38,665 bases of DNA from Verrucomicrobiales bacterium (GTDB lineage Bacteria > Verrucomicrobiota > Verrucomicrobiia > Verrucomicrobiales > V1-33). The translations under genes were made by a program, and so were the position numbers. Shown in pieces: positions 8,813-18,341 of this stretch (position 1 is its first letter; each line of letters starts with the position of its first letter). Below the pieces are notes generated by a model. The model saw nothing but the letters and a program-made list of their open reading frames with translations. It was not told the origin of the DNA and did no database searches. The stretch covers positions 1 through 38,665 of the forward strand of contig JANOAV010000130.1 in NCBI GenBank assembly GCA_031411295.1. The letters run 5' to 3'.

Positions 8813-11413
8813 ATGCTTCAACCCAGACCCCGACTCCGTTTCCTAGCCTTCCCACTTCCCCTCAGTTCATTAGCCATGGGCTTCGCTGCGACCCTCTTGA
8901 GCGCTCCGATGATGTCTTGGGCCGCGAAACCGGCAGCACCAAAAGCGGCTCCCCCTGCGAGTGCCAAACTCAAGGTGGCATCCGGCTTCAAGGTAGAGAC
9001 AGTTTATGACGTGCCGTTGAAGCAACAGGGCTCGTGGGTTGCGCTGACGACGGATGACAAAGGTCGTTTACTGGCGTGTGATCAGGGGGATAAAGGACTT
9101 TATCGCATCACGTTGCCGGGTGGGGCAGTGGAGAAAATGCCGGTGGATATTTCCGGGGCGCAAGGATTGGTTTGGCAAGCGGGGGCGCTTTATTTTGGCA
9201 AGAATGGAGCGGGCGTTTTCCGCGTGACGGATACGGATGGCGATGATCGGCTGGACAAGGCGGAGTTGCTGTCGGTGCTTACGGAAAGCGGGGAGCATGG
9301 CAATCATGGCGTGATCGAGGCGGGTGACGGCCACCATTTGATCACCATGGCGGGGAATCACACCCCGTTGCCAGCGAAGGAAAGCATCATTGGGAAGCGG
9401 GTGCAGTCGTGGCAGGAGGATATGCTGTTACCAAGGCAGTGGGACCCGAGAGGCCATGCCCGGGGGATTTTGGCGCCCGGTGGATGGTTCACTCGATTTG
9501 ATCCGATCAAGAGAACGCATGAGGTTTTCTGCATCGGCTTCCGCAATCAATACGATGCCGCCTTTAACTTGAATGGAGACCTCTTCACCTACGACTCGGA
9601 CATGGAATGGGACATGGGTTTGCCGTGGTATCGGCCGACGCGCATCTGTCATGTTGTGAGTGGTGGCGATTTTGGCTGGCGCAGTGGTTCGGGGAATTCG
9701 CCAGCGTATTATGAAGATAATCTACCTCCGGTCGTGGACATCGGCCCGGGTTCGCCCACGGGAGTTGTGAGCGGGGCTGGCGCAAAGTTTCCGGCCAAGT
9801 ATCAGCTGGCAATGTATGCGCTGGATTGGACTTACGGTCGGATTATGGCGATTCACCTGCAAGCGGAGGGTGCTAGCTACAAGGCAGAATCGGAGTCGTT
9901 TGTCTCTGGCGCGCCACTACCCGTGACGGATGCGATCATCGCTCCAGATGGGGCAATGTATTTCACGATTGGGGGACGTGGCACGCAGTCCGCGTTGATG
10001 CGGGTGACTTACATTGGCAGCGAATCCATCGCCCCTACTAGCAAACCAGCTTTGCCGAAAGCAGCGATGACGCGACGCGAGTTGGAAGCATTTCACGGGG
10101 TGGTTAATCCAGCGGCGGTGGATGCCGCTTGGCCGCATCTGGCGAGTCCTGACCGTTTTCTGAGAAACGCCGCCCGCGTGGCGATCGAATCGCAGCCAGT
10201 GGCGACTTGGGCGGAAAAGGTGTTTCGTGAAAAGGACCCGCAGGCCTGCATCACAGCGGCCGTGGCGTTAGCCCGCAGCGGCAAAGCGGAGCATCGTGGG
10301 CGATTGCTGAAACAGTTACTAGCACTTGATTTCAAGGCACTGCCAACCTTGCAACAACTCGGGGTGCTGCGGGCTATTTCGCTGACGTTTGATCGGCTGG
10401 GAAAACCGACCGAGCCAGAGCGCGCAGAGGTCACAGCCGCCCTTGATCCCTTGCTGCCGGGCGCTGATGCCACTGTGAACTCTGATCTGCTCCGGTTGCT
10501 AGTTTACCTCAATGCTCCCAGCGCGGTGACCAAAGGAATGCAGCTGATAGCAAACACCAAGGAAAGCGCAGCACCATCTTGGGAAACGCTGAAAGAGGCG
10601 AACGGACGCTATGGAGCGAACCTTGAGCGCATGGCCAAGAATCCACCACCGACGCAGCGCATTCGCTACGCCCACACGCTGCGCACCGCCAGCAAAGGCT
10701 GGACGATGGAATTGCGCCGCCAATACTTCACGTTTCTCAATGAGGCTGGCAAAGGCTCCGGTGGTGCCAGCTATCCAGCCTATCTCATCAACATTCGCGA
10801 CGAAGCGCTGACGCTTTGCTCCGATGCGGATCGGATTGCGCTCAAGGACCTGACGGGGGCGGATTTCAATCCGGTGCCTGATTTCCCGATCACGCCGCCA
10901 AAGGGGCCCGGGCAGGCCTGGACGCTGGCCGAAGCCATCGAGGCCACCGATAAGAAGTCGCTTAAAAAGGGCGACTGGCAAAGTGGTCGCAATCTGTTCC
11001 AATCCATCGCCTGCGGTGCTTGCCACCGTTTCAACGGCCTGGGAGGCGGCGTGGGGCCAGACCTCACGAGTGTGCCGAACAAATTCGACACGGCCTATGT
11101 GCTGGAATCCATCATCGATCCCAGTAAAATCATTTCAGACCAATATGGTTCTTCGTTGGTCACGCTTAACGACGGCCGCGTGGTCACTGGACTGGTCGTG
11201 CCGGAAGGTGATAAGGTTTTGAAAATCTATGGTCCTGACCCCAAAGCAGAAGGGCAAACCGTCGCCCGTGCAGACGTGAAATTCATTTCCGCATCACCCG
11301 TTTCCCAAATGCCACCTGGCCTCATCAACAGCCTTAATCCAACTGAACTCAGGGACCTGCTCAACTACATCATGTCCGGCGGGAAACAGCCGGGCCCACC
11401 GAAGAAGAAGTAA
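8813..11413 (+). CDS. PVC-type heme-binding protein (sugar-dehydrogenase-like beta-propeller, helical repeats, cytochrome c domain)
   Basis: GFRNQYDAAFN, YDSDMEWDMGLPWYRPTR, GPGSPTG; CGACH at 11012-11026 followed by GGGVGPDLT...SIIDPS and SQMPPGL. Confidence 0.85.
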   Translation: MLQPRPRLRFLAFPLPLSSLAMGFAATLLSAPMMSWAAKPAAPKAAPPASAKLKVASGFKVETVYDVPLKQQGSWVALTTDDKGRLLACDQGDKGLYRITLPGGAVEKMPVDISGAQGLVWQAGALYFGKNGAGVFRVTDTDGDDRLDKAELLSVLTESGEHGNHGVIEAGDGHHLITMAGNHTPLPAKESIIGKRVQSWQEDMLLPRQWDPRGHARGILAPGGWFTRFDPIKRTHEVFCIGFRNQYDAAFNLNGDLFTYDSDMEWDMGLPWYRPTRICHVVSGGDFGWRSGSGNSPAYYEDNLPPVVDIGPGSPTGVVSGAGAKFPAKYQLAMYALDWTYGRIMAIHLQAEGASYKAESESFVSGAPLPVTDAIIAPDGAMYFTIGGRGTQSALMRVTYIGSESIAPTSKPALPKAAMTRRELEAFHGVVNPAAVDAAWPHLASPDRFLRNAARVAIESQPVATWAEKVFREKDPQACITAAVALARSGKAEHRGRLLKQLLALDFKALPTLQQLGVLRAISLTFDRLGKPTEPERAEVTAALDPLLPGADATVNSDLLRLLVYLNAPSAVTKGMQLIANTKESAAPSWETLKEANGRYGANLERMAKNPPPTQRIRYAHTLRTASKGWTMELRRQYFTFLNEAGKGSGGASYPAYLINIRDEALTLCSDADRIALKDLTGADFNPVPDFPITPPKGPGQAWTLAEAIEATDKKSLKKGDWQSGRNLFQSIACGACHRFNGLGGGVGPDLTSVPNKFDTAYVLESIIDPSKIISDQYGSSLVTLNDGRVVTGLVVPEGDKVLKIYGPDPKAEGQTVARADVKFISASPVSQMPPGLINSLNPTELRDLLNYIMSGGKQPGPPKKK

Positions 11414-11426
11414 CAGAACCTACCAA

Positions 11427-11537
11427 ATGAAGATCCTTGTTCGTGAGGAAAAAGATCTCGCCCGCGACCCAAAGCAAGCCGAGCGGCTGTCGGAAATGCG
11501 TGCGCATTTCACCGACCTCAAAGCCGCCGCCAAATAA
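11427..11537 (+). pseudogene. C-terminal remnant of a sulfatase gene
   Basis: Reads EEKDLARDPKQAERLSEMRAHFTDLKAAAK*, matching the DP.E..NLA.DP..A..L..MR tail of neighbouring sulfatases. Confidence 0.55.
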
Positions 11538-11558
11538 TAGCATCCCCACAATTTCTCC

Positions 11559-13286
11559 ATGAAACAAATCGTTCTCCTCTTCGCTTTCTTCGCCTCACTG
11601 CATGGCTTTCCGTCCGCGCGAGCCGCCGCAAAGCCCCATATCATCGTCATCATCACGGACGATATGGGCTTCTCCGACATCGGGCCGTATGGCGGGGAAA
11701 TCGCTACACCGAACCTCGACAAACTTGCGGCCAGCGGAGTGAAGTTTTCGCAGTTCTACAACTGCGCGAAGTGCGAACCGACCAGGGCGGCGTTGCTCAC
11801 TGGCCAGCAGTTTTGGACGAAGAATCCGAACGTTGCAATGCGAAAGGATACACCCAATGTGGGCGAGGTTTTGCGGACGGCGGGCTACCGGAACTTGATG
11901 GTCGGTAAATGGCATGTCGCGGGGAATCCGTTCGAGCGCGGCTTTGATCGGCACTTCGGCTTCATGGGCGGCGGGACGGATTTTTTTCTCGGGGACGCTT
12001 CGTTCACGCTTGATGGCAAGCCGTGGCCAGTGCCGAAGAAGGATTTCTACGTCACCACGGCCCTGACGGAGCAGGCGGTGCGTTTCATCCGCGAGGAAAA
12101 AAGCGCGCACCCGGAGCAACCGTTCTTTTTGTATCTGGCTTACAATGCGCCACACGCGTCGATTCAGGCGCCTGCGGAGGTCGTCGCAAAGTATCGTGGG
12201 AAGTATCTGAAAGGCTGGGACACGCTGCGACAGGAGCGGTTTGAGCGGCAACAAAAACTCGGACTGGCTGGGCCGGGCTGGAATGCGTCGGAGCGGCCTG
12301 CGAGCGTGCCTGCCTGGGATTCTCTGGATGCGAAGAACCAAGATTTCGAGGATCTCCGGATGGCGACCTACGCGGCCATGGTGGACTGCGTAGATCAAGG
12401 CGTGGGCGCAGTGATGCAAACGCTCGAAGAGCTGAAACTGCGTGACGACACGCTTGTCATCTTCCTCAACGACAATGGGGCGAGCCCGAATGATCGGGTT
12501 CGCAAAGGAGATTTCGGAACGCCCCGCGCCAACTGGAATGTCGGCCTGGGATGGGCTCAACTGTCCAGCACGCCGTTCAAGTTTTATAAGCGCAGTCAGC
12601 ACAGCGGCGGCATCACGACGCCGTGCATTGCGAGTTGGCCCGCTGGCATCAAGCCGCGCGAAAAGTATGAAGACCAGCCGTGCCATGTCATTGATGTGAT
12701 TCCGACTTTGCTGGATGTCGCTGGTGGCACGTATCCGGCGGACTTTGGTGGAATGAAACATCCGCAGCTGCCGGGACGCTCCTTGCTTCCGATCTTGACC
12801 AAGGCGGAAACGTTGCCTCCGCGCACGCTTCATTTTTCCCTCTTCAGCAACATGGCGCTCATCAACGGCGGTTGGAAAATCGCCACGTCCTACGGCCAGC
12901 CGTGGCAGCTCTATGACCTCACGAACGACCGCACCGAGACACGCGACCTCGCTGCCGCGCAGCCAGAGAAACTCGCGGAGTTGCTCGCCTTGCAAAAGTC
13001 CTTCAGTGCCCAGCCCGACGTGGGACTGCGGCTGAGCGAGGGCGAGCCGGAGCCTGAGTATGCGCCACCTTTCCGCCCCGATGGCACCAAGGGTCCAGGC
13101 TCGAACGAGGATGTGGCCGACCCTGCGCTGACGTTTCCGCTAACTAAAGAACGTGCGGCTGGTCGGCAGTTGAGCGAGGCGGAAGTAGCCACCATCACCG
13201 CACAGGCTGCGAAGACTCCGAACGCGGGGAAAAAGAAGAAGAAGGGCAAAGCTGCCAAGGAGCAGGACGAAATTTCCGAACAATAA
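11559..13286 (+). CDS. Secreted arylsulfatase (AtsA-like), Cys-type
   Basis: Signal peptide, IITDDMGFSDIGPYGGEIATPNLD, CEPTRAALLTG, GKWH, YNAPH, NDNG. Confidence 0.93.
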   Translation: MKQIVLLFAFFASLHGFPSARAAAKPHIIVIITDDMGFSDIGPYGGEIATPNLDKLAASGVKFSQFYNCAKCEPTRAALLTGQQFWTKNPNVAMRKDTPNVGEVLRTAGYRNLMVGKWHVAGNPFERGFDRHFGFMGGGTDFFLGDASFTLDGKPWPVPKKDFYVTTALTEQAVRFIREEKSAHPEQPFFLYLAYNAPHASIQAPAEVVAKYRGKYLKGWDTLRQERFERQQKLGLAGPGWNASERPASVPAWDSLDAKNQDFEDLRMATYAAMVDCVDQGVGAVMQTLEELKLRDDTLVIFLNDNGASPNDRVRKGDFGTPRANWNVGLGWAQLSSTPFKFYKRSQHSGGITTPCIASWPAGIKPREKYEDQPCHVIDVIPTLLDVAGGTYPADFGGMKHPQLPGRSLLPILTKAETLPPRTLHFSLFSNMALINGGWKIATSYGQPWQLYDLTNDRTETRDLAAAQPEKLAELLALQKSFSAQPDVGLRLSEGEPEPEYAPPFRPDGTKGPGSNEDVADPALTFPLTKERAAGRQLSEAEVATITAQAAKTPNAGKKKKKGKAAKEQDEISEQ

Positions 13287-13298
13287 TCGATCCCAGCC

Positions 13299-14861
13299 AT
13301 GACCACTATTCTCATTCGTTTTTACTCAGTCATTGCTCTCGTGGCGCTGTTCGCGAGCAGCGCGTGCGCTCAGGAAAAGCCGCGCAACAACATCCTTTTC
13401 ATCTACGTCGAAGACCTCGGCTACTACACGAGCGAGCGAGCGGCACGAGAAGTGAACACACACATCACTGGACTGAAGACGCCGCATCTCGATAAGTTGG
13501 CGGCGGAGAGCGTGAATTTCACTCATGCTTTTGTCGGACAGAGCGTGTGTTCGCCAAGCAAGGGAGCCATTCTCAGCGGACTACTGCCGCACGCGAATGG
13601 CATTTGGCGCAATGTTCATAACAATCATCCGAAACTCGGTGGGCCGGAGCAATGGATTCCGCTGCCGAGTCCGCTGACGCCGCAAAACGACCCAACGTTT
13701 CTCGCGGCAGGCGGAATGCACGAGGACCTACCAAACCTCATCCAGCGGCTCAAGGCAGGCGGCGTGTTTTGTGCGCTCTCGGGCAAACTGCACGTCCAGC
13801 CAGCGCGAAATTTTCCCTACGATGTCTTCGTGGACGAGGCCGATCTCGCTGCCGTCACCAAGGCTGCCGGGGACAAACCGTGGTTCTTTTGGTGTAATCC
13901 GGGCGACACGCACGCGCCGTGGTGGAAGCATGTGCAAAGTAAGCTCACCGATCCGCAAAACCGCAATTCCGCGCCAACCGATGTCGATCCCGCAGCGCTC
14001 ACGATGCCGCCGTGGATGCCGGACACGCCCGCTGCACGCGTGGACCTCGCGCAGTATTTTTCCTGCGTGCGGAACATGGATGAGTTCGTCGGTGCGATGC
14101 TGAAAAAGCTCGACGCGTCGGGACAGGCAGAGCGCACCATCGTTGTCTTCACGGGCGACCACGGCATTGGGTATGCACGAGGAAAGACGAGCGTTTATCC
14201 CGCAGGCACGCAGGTGCCGCTCTATGTGAAAGGCTCCGGCATCAAAACCGGGCGCGTCATCGGCACGCCAGTTTCGCAGATGGATTTCAACCCAACATTT
14301 CTCGAAGCCTTCGGCCTGCCGCTCATCGAGAAAACGCACGCAACTTCGCTCTGGCCGATTCTATCCGGCAAAGCCGACGCACTGCCCGACCGCCGCACGG
14401 TGATGACCGAAACGAACAACAGCCTGATGTCCCAGCCCGACATCAAAGGCGATGGCACCATGGCGCGCGCCGTGTGCGACGGACGCTTTTACTACATCGG
14501 AAATATCATCCAGACGAGGACCACTCTGCCCGAGGAAAAGGCCATCAACATTGGCACTGGCGATGGCGAATACGGAGACCCTGGCCCGCAATACTCCATC
14601 GACCTCCATGACGAAACCGTCCGCCACAAAGCCGACCAACCCCTCCCCTACGAACTCCTCCGCCAACTCTGCATGGGCGACGCTCCGCCTGAAGAACTCT
14701 ATGACCTCGACGCCGACCCGTGGGCGGTGAAAAACCTCATTGCCGACCCCCAGCACGCCGACACCCTAACGCGGATGCGCAAGGAGTTTGCCGCTTGGCG
14801 CAAAGCAACGAATGACAGGGAGGTGCATCCGAAAACCATCCCACGCCGAGCCACGAAATAA
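13299..14861 (+). CDS. Secreted sulfatase, sulfamidase-like, with non-canonical CSPSK motif
   Basis: Signal peptide, NILFIYVEDLG, CSPSKGAILSG, GKLH, GDHG, EELYDLDADP. Confidence 0.88.
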   Translation: MTTILIRFYSVIALVALFASSACAQEKPRNNILFIYVEDLGYYTSERAAREVNTHITGLKTPHLDKLAAESVNFTHAFVGQSVCSPSKGAILSGLLPHANGIWRNVHNNHPKLGGPEQWIPLPSPLTPQNDPTFLAAGGMHEDLPNLIQRLKAGGVFCALSGKLHVQPARNFPYDVFVDEADLAAVTKAAGDKPWFFWCNPGDTHAPWWKHVQSKLTDPQNRNSAPTDVDPAALTMPPWMPDTPAARVDLAQYFSCVRNMDEFVGAMLKKLDASGQAERTIVVFTGDHGIGYARGKTSVYPAGTQVPLYVKGSGIKTGRVIGTPVSQMDFNPTFLEAFGLPLIEKTHATSLWPILSGKADALPDRRTVMTETNNSLMSQPDIKGDGTMARAVCDGRFYYIGNIIQTRTTLPEEKAINIGTGDGEYGDPGPQYSIDLHDETVRHKADQPLPYELLRQLCMGDAPPEELYDLDADPWAVKNLIADPQHADTLTRMRKEFAAWRKATNDREVHPKTIPRRATK

Positions 14862-14870
14862 CCACGCTTC

Positions 14871-16274
14871 ATGAAACACACCACCATCCTTCTCGCTGCC
14901 TTGGTGCTGGCTTCGATCGCTGCGCTCCCTGCGGCCACGCCGTCCAAGCCCAACATCGTTGTCTTTATTTCCGACGACCACAGCATGTTAGACTCGCAAG
15001 CCTACGGCTCCACCGAAGTTCGCACGCCGAACATGGCAAAGCTCGCGGCGGAGGGACTGAAGTTCACGCACGCCTTCGTCGCCTCGCCCTCCTGCGGTCC
15101 GAGCCGAGCCGCGCTCCTCACCGGTCTGTGGCCCGCGCGCAACGGGGCGGAGCCGAATCACAAAACAAAGAACCCGGATGTGGTTCCGCTCCCAACAGTC
15201 CTTCGCACGATGGGTTACGAGGTTGCCGCCATCGGCAAAGTCGCCCACAACGCCTTCGCGAAAGATTTCGACTTCGACTACGTTGAGGGACCTAACGCTG
15301 GTTTCGAAGACACCGCTAGCGTCGCGAAATTTCTGGCTGCGCGCGACACCTCAAAACCACTCTGCCTTTTCGTAGGGACCCGACACCCACACACCGTCTG
15401 GAGCGCGGAACGCACTTACGATGCCGCCGCCGTCAAAATTCCGCTCACGCACATCGACACCACTGTCACTCGCGAAGAGCGTGCCAGCTACCTCACAGAC
15501 ATCACCAAGGCCGACACCCTGCTCGGAGAAGTTCGCGCGCTGGTCCGCGATAAAGTTTCCGGGGACACCCTCTTCATCTACACCGCCGATCATGGCGGGG
15601 CGTGGCCATTCTCCAAATGGACCCTCTACGACTCCGGCATCCGTATTCCGCTCATCATCGCCTGGCCCGGCCACCTCAAGCCTGCCACCACCAGCGATGC
15701 GATGGTCTGCTGGCCCGATCTACTTCCAACCTTCATTGAACTCGCTGGTGGTGAGGTCCCCGTTGGTCTTGATGGCAAGTCGTTCGCTGGTGTGTTGCGC
15801 GGCACGACCACGACGCATCGCGACCGCGTCTTCACCACCCACAGTGGCGACGGTGATTTCAATGTCTATCCCATCCGCAGCGTCCGCACTCGGGACTGGA
15901 AATACATCCGCAACCTCCATCCAGAATTTCAACAGCACACCCACATTTCCCGTTCATCGGGTCCGAGCGGCCTCGTGTATTGGAAAACATGGCTCGCTGC
16001 CGCTGAGAGTGACCCCGCTGCTGCTGCCACTGTTAAACGCTACATTCAACATCCCGCCGAAGAACTCTACGACCTCGCAGCCGATCCCTTCGAACTGCAC
16101 AACCTCGCCACTAACCCGCAGCAAGCCAGCCGCCTAGCCACTATGAGTGCCGACCTCGACGGGTGGATGAAACAACAGGGCGACACTCAATCCGTCTTTG
16201 GCAAACCACTTCTCCTCGGTGAACCCATCACACTCCTGGCACCGGGGGCCAAAAAAGACAAAGCCACCAAATGA
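14871..16274 (+). CDS. Secreted sulfatase, N-sulfoglucosamine sulfohydrolase-like
   Basis: Signal peptide, PNIVVFISDDHS, CGPSRAALLTG, GKVAH, ADHG, YPIRSVRT..WKYIRN, EELYDLAADP. Confidence 0.92.
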   Translation: MKHTTILLAALVLASIAALPAATPSKPNIVVFISDDHSMLDSQAYGSTEVRTPNMAKLAAEGLKFTHAFVASPSCGPSRAALLTGLWPARNGAEPNHKTKNPDVVPLPTVLRTMGYEVAAIGKVAHNAFAKDFDFDYVEGPNAGFEDTASVAKFLAARDTSKPLCLFVGTRHPHTVWSAERTYDAAAVKIPLTHIDTTVTREERASYLTDITKADTLLGEVRALVRDKVSGDTLFIYTADHGGAWPFSKWTLYDSGIRIPLIIAWPGHLKPATTSDAMVCWPDLLPTFIELAGGEVPVGLDGKSFAGVLRGTTTTHRDRVFTTHSGDGDFNVYPIRSVRTRDWKYIRNLHPEFQQHTHISRSSGPSGLVYWKTWLAAAESDPAAAATVKRYIQHPAEELYDLAADPFELHNLATNPQQASRLATMSADLDGWMKQQGDTQSVFGKPLLLGEPITLLAPGAKKDKATK

Positions 16275-16311
16275 AAGAGTCATTGAACGTGTTCGATCTA
16301 TCTAATGATTG

Positions 16312-16328
16312 CGGGGACACTGTCCCCG
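16312..16328. repeat. Palindrome CGGGGACA-C-TGTCCCCG (hairpin or operator)
   Basis: Perfect 8-bp inverted arms in the gap between two sulfatases; no U-tract. Confidence 0.35.
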
Positions 16329-16484
16329 GAATTCAGAGCGACAAAGCTGGAGCAGCTGTTGAGTTCGCTACTGTGGGCATGGATCAGAATTTTTTTGTCC
16401 CGTGCTGGCCGCCTGGGCCATGATTTTCCGCGTGCTGCTGTTATCTGCAGCCATGCCCAACGTATAATTCACCGAATACATAAC

Positions 16485-18215
16485 ATGAATCAAATCCTGC
16501 TAATCGCCATTCTTTCGAGCATCATCGCGCCCCTATCGATCCATGCCGCCAAGCCCAACATCATCGTCATTTACACCGACGACCACGGTTACGCCGATTT
16601 GGGTTGCGTCGGGGTGATGGCAGACGTCAAGACACCTAACATCGATGCCCTGGCCAAGGGCGGGGTGCTGATGGCGGCGGGTTATGTCACCGCGCCTCAA
16701 TGCTCGCCATCCCGCTGCGGGCTGATGAGCGGACAGTATCAAGGGAAGTTCGGCATGGATCACAACGGCATGTTGGAGAGCGACCACGCCCTGCGTCAGA
16801 CATTCTGGGATCTGAACAACCTCCCGAAACGCATGAAGTCTGCAGGTTATGTCACCGCTCTGGGCGGGAAATCACACCTGGGTTCCAATGATAGTGCCGA
16901 CCTGGTGAAGATGGGTTTTGATAAAGTATTCTTCAAGCATAGCGACGCTCCGGGTCATTGGAACATGGATGTGACCGGCAAGGATCTCCCGCCGCAGAAA
17001 CAGAAGGACGGCTACTATCATCTGGAAATGATCGCTGACTATGGATGCGCCTTCCTTGAGCGATTCAAGGACGATCCAAAGTTTTTGTATCTTGCTTTCC
17101 GCGGTCCGCACGTGCCGCTCGATGCTCCGAAAAAGTATCTCACCCGATTTCCGGGCGACATGCCGGTAGAGCGGCGGAAGGCACTGGGAGCTATTTCGTG
17201 CATTGATGATGGCGTGGGCAAGCTCATGGCAACGCTGCGTAAAATCGGCCAAGAGGAAAACACGCTGATTTTCGTCATCAGCGATAACGGAGCGCCCATT
17301 AAGCAGATGCCCCATCAATTTGTGACCGATGACAAGGGCCTGAAAACGCTCAAGCCCGGGACGACACCAGTCGGTTGGAACGGCTGGGATGGTTCCCTCA
17401 ACGAGCCGATGAATGGAGAGAAAGGCATGTTGACCGAAGGCGGTATCCGCACGCCGTTCGTGGTCCATTGGAAGGGCACGATTCCTGGCGGGCAAGTTTA
17501 CAAAAACCCCGTCATCTCGCTCGACGTGGCTGCTACCGCCAATGCGTTAGCGGGCTTGCCGGATGACCCGATTCTTGATGGAGTAAATTTGATCCCCTAT
17601 CTCAGCGGGAAGAATCCCGGAGTTCCGCACGAAACCCTCTACTGGCGCTGGACCAGCCAATACGCCATTCGCAAGGGAGATTGGAAATACATCACCTTTG
17701 GTGCTGCGCAGTATCTCTTCCACCTCGCGACTGATCCTTACGAGAAGAGTAATCTCGCGGAGAAAGATCCAGCGCAAGCGAAGGAACTCCGGGCAGAGTT
17801 GGCTAAATGGACGGAAACTCTGAATCCAGCAGGACTTCCTGAGGCCAAAGGAAGCGGCGGAGTGGCCAAGAGCGCATTTGGATATTTTGTGGACGGACAA
17901 CCAGGTCCAAAAAACTCGCCCAAGGGCGCCAAGCATGAGGCCGAAGAGGAAAAGGAGGACGCGCTTAAGGCCAAGGAAGCGCAAAAGGAAGCCACTCCCA
18001 ACAAACAAGACGACACAGACTGGAGCCAGCAATTATTCGCCCGCCGGGACACGAACGCAGATGGTCACGTAACGCTCGAAGAGTTCATTGCTGGACGCAC
18101 GGGACCCACCATGCCCGCGCTCACCAAGCGCTTCAAAGCTTTCGACACCGATGGCGATGGCAATTGGACGAAGGCTGAGCTAGAGACCACGAATCCAAAA
18201 TCCCCCACAGAATAA
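16485..18215 (+). CDS. Secreted sulfatase with C-terminal EF-hand pair
   Basis: ATG 16485 gives a signal peptide; PNIIVIYTDDHG, CSPSRCGLMSG, PHVP, SDNG; DTNADGHVTLEE and DTDGDGNWTKAE loops. Confidence 0.92.
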   Translation: MNQILLIAILSSIIAPLSIHAAKPNIIVIYTDDHGYADLGCVGVMADVKTPNIDALAKGGVLMAAGYVTAPQCSPSRCGLMSGQYQGKFGMDHNGMLESDHALRQTFWDLNNLPKRMKSAGYVTALGGKSHLGSNDSADLVKMGFDKVFFKHSDAPGHWNMDVTGKDLPPQKQKDGYYHLEMIADYGCAFLERFKDDPKFLYLAFRGPHVPLDAPKKYLTRFPGDMPVERRKALGAISCIDDGVGKLMATLRKIGQEENTLIFVISDNGAPIKQMPHQFVTDDKGLKTLKPGTTPVGWNGWDGSLNEPMNGEKGMLTEGGIRTPFVVHWKGTIPGGQVYKNPVISLDVAATANALAGLPDDPILDGVNLIPYLSGKNPGVPHETLYWRWTSQYAIRKGDWKYITFGAAQYLFHLATDPYEKSNLAEKDPAQAKELRAELAKWTETLNPAGLPEAKGSGGVAKSAFGYFVDGQPGPKNSPKGAKHEAEEEKEDALKAKEAQKEATPNKQDDTDWSQQLFARRDTNADGHVTLEEFIAGRTGPTMPALTKRFKAFDTDGDGNWTKAELETTNPKSPTE

Positions 18216-18341
18216 TTTCACAAGACAACCATGCATTCCCCCCGCAGTCATCCTTCCGCATGGAGCGGTGGGCCACTTGCCCGTTGTGGCACGCCGACGC
18301 TTGGTATACGCTGAACGAAATCCCGAAATGATACCATCTTT

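Noticed and set aside
11595..12995. 466-aa minus-strand ORF (and similar 200-310 aa antisense ORFs)
   Set aside because: Fully overlaps well-supported + strand genes; Arg-rich shadow translation.
18231..18314. Small ORF MHSPRSHPSAWSGGPLARCGTPTLGIR between sulfatases
   Set aside because: No signal peptide, motif or similarity I can support.
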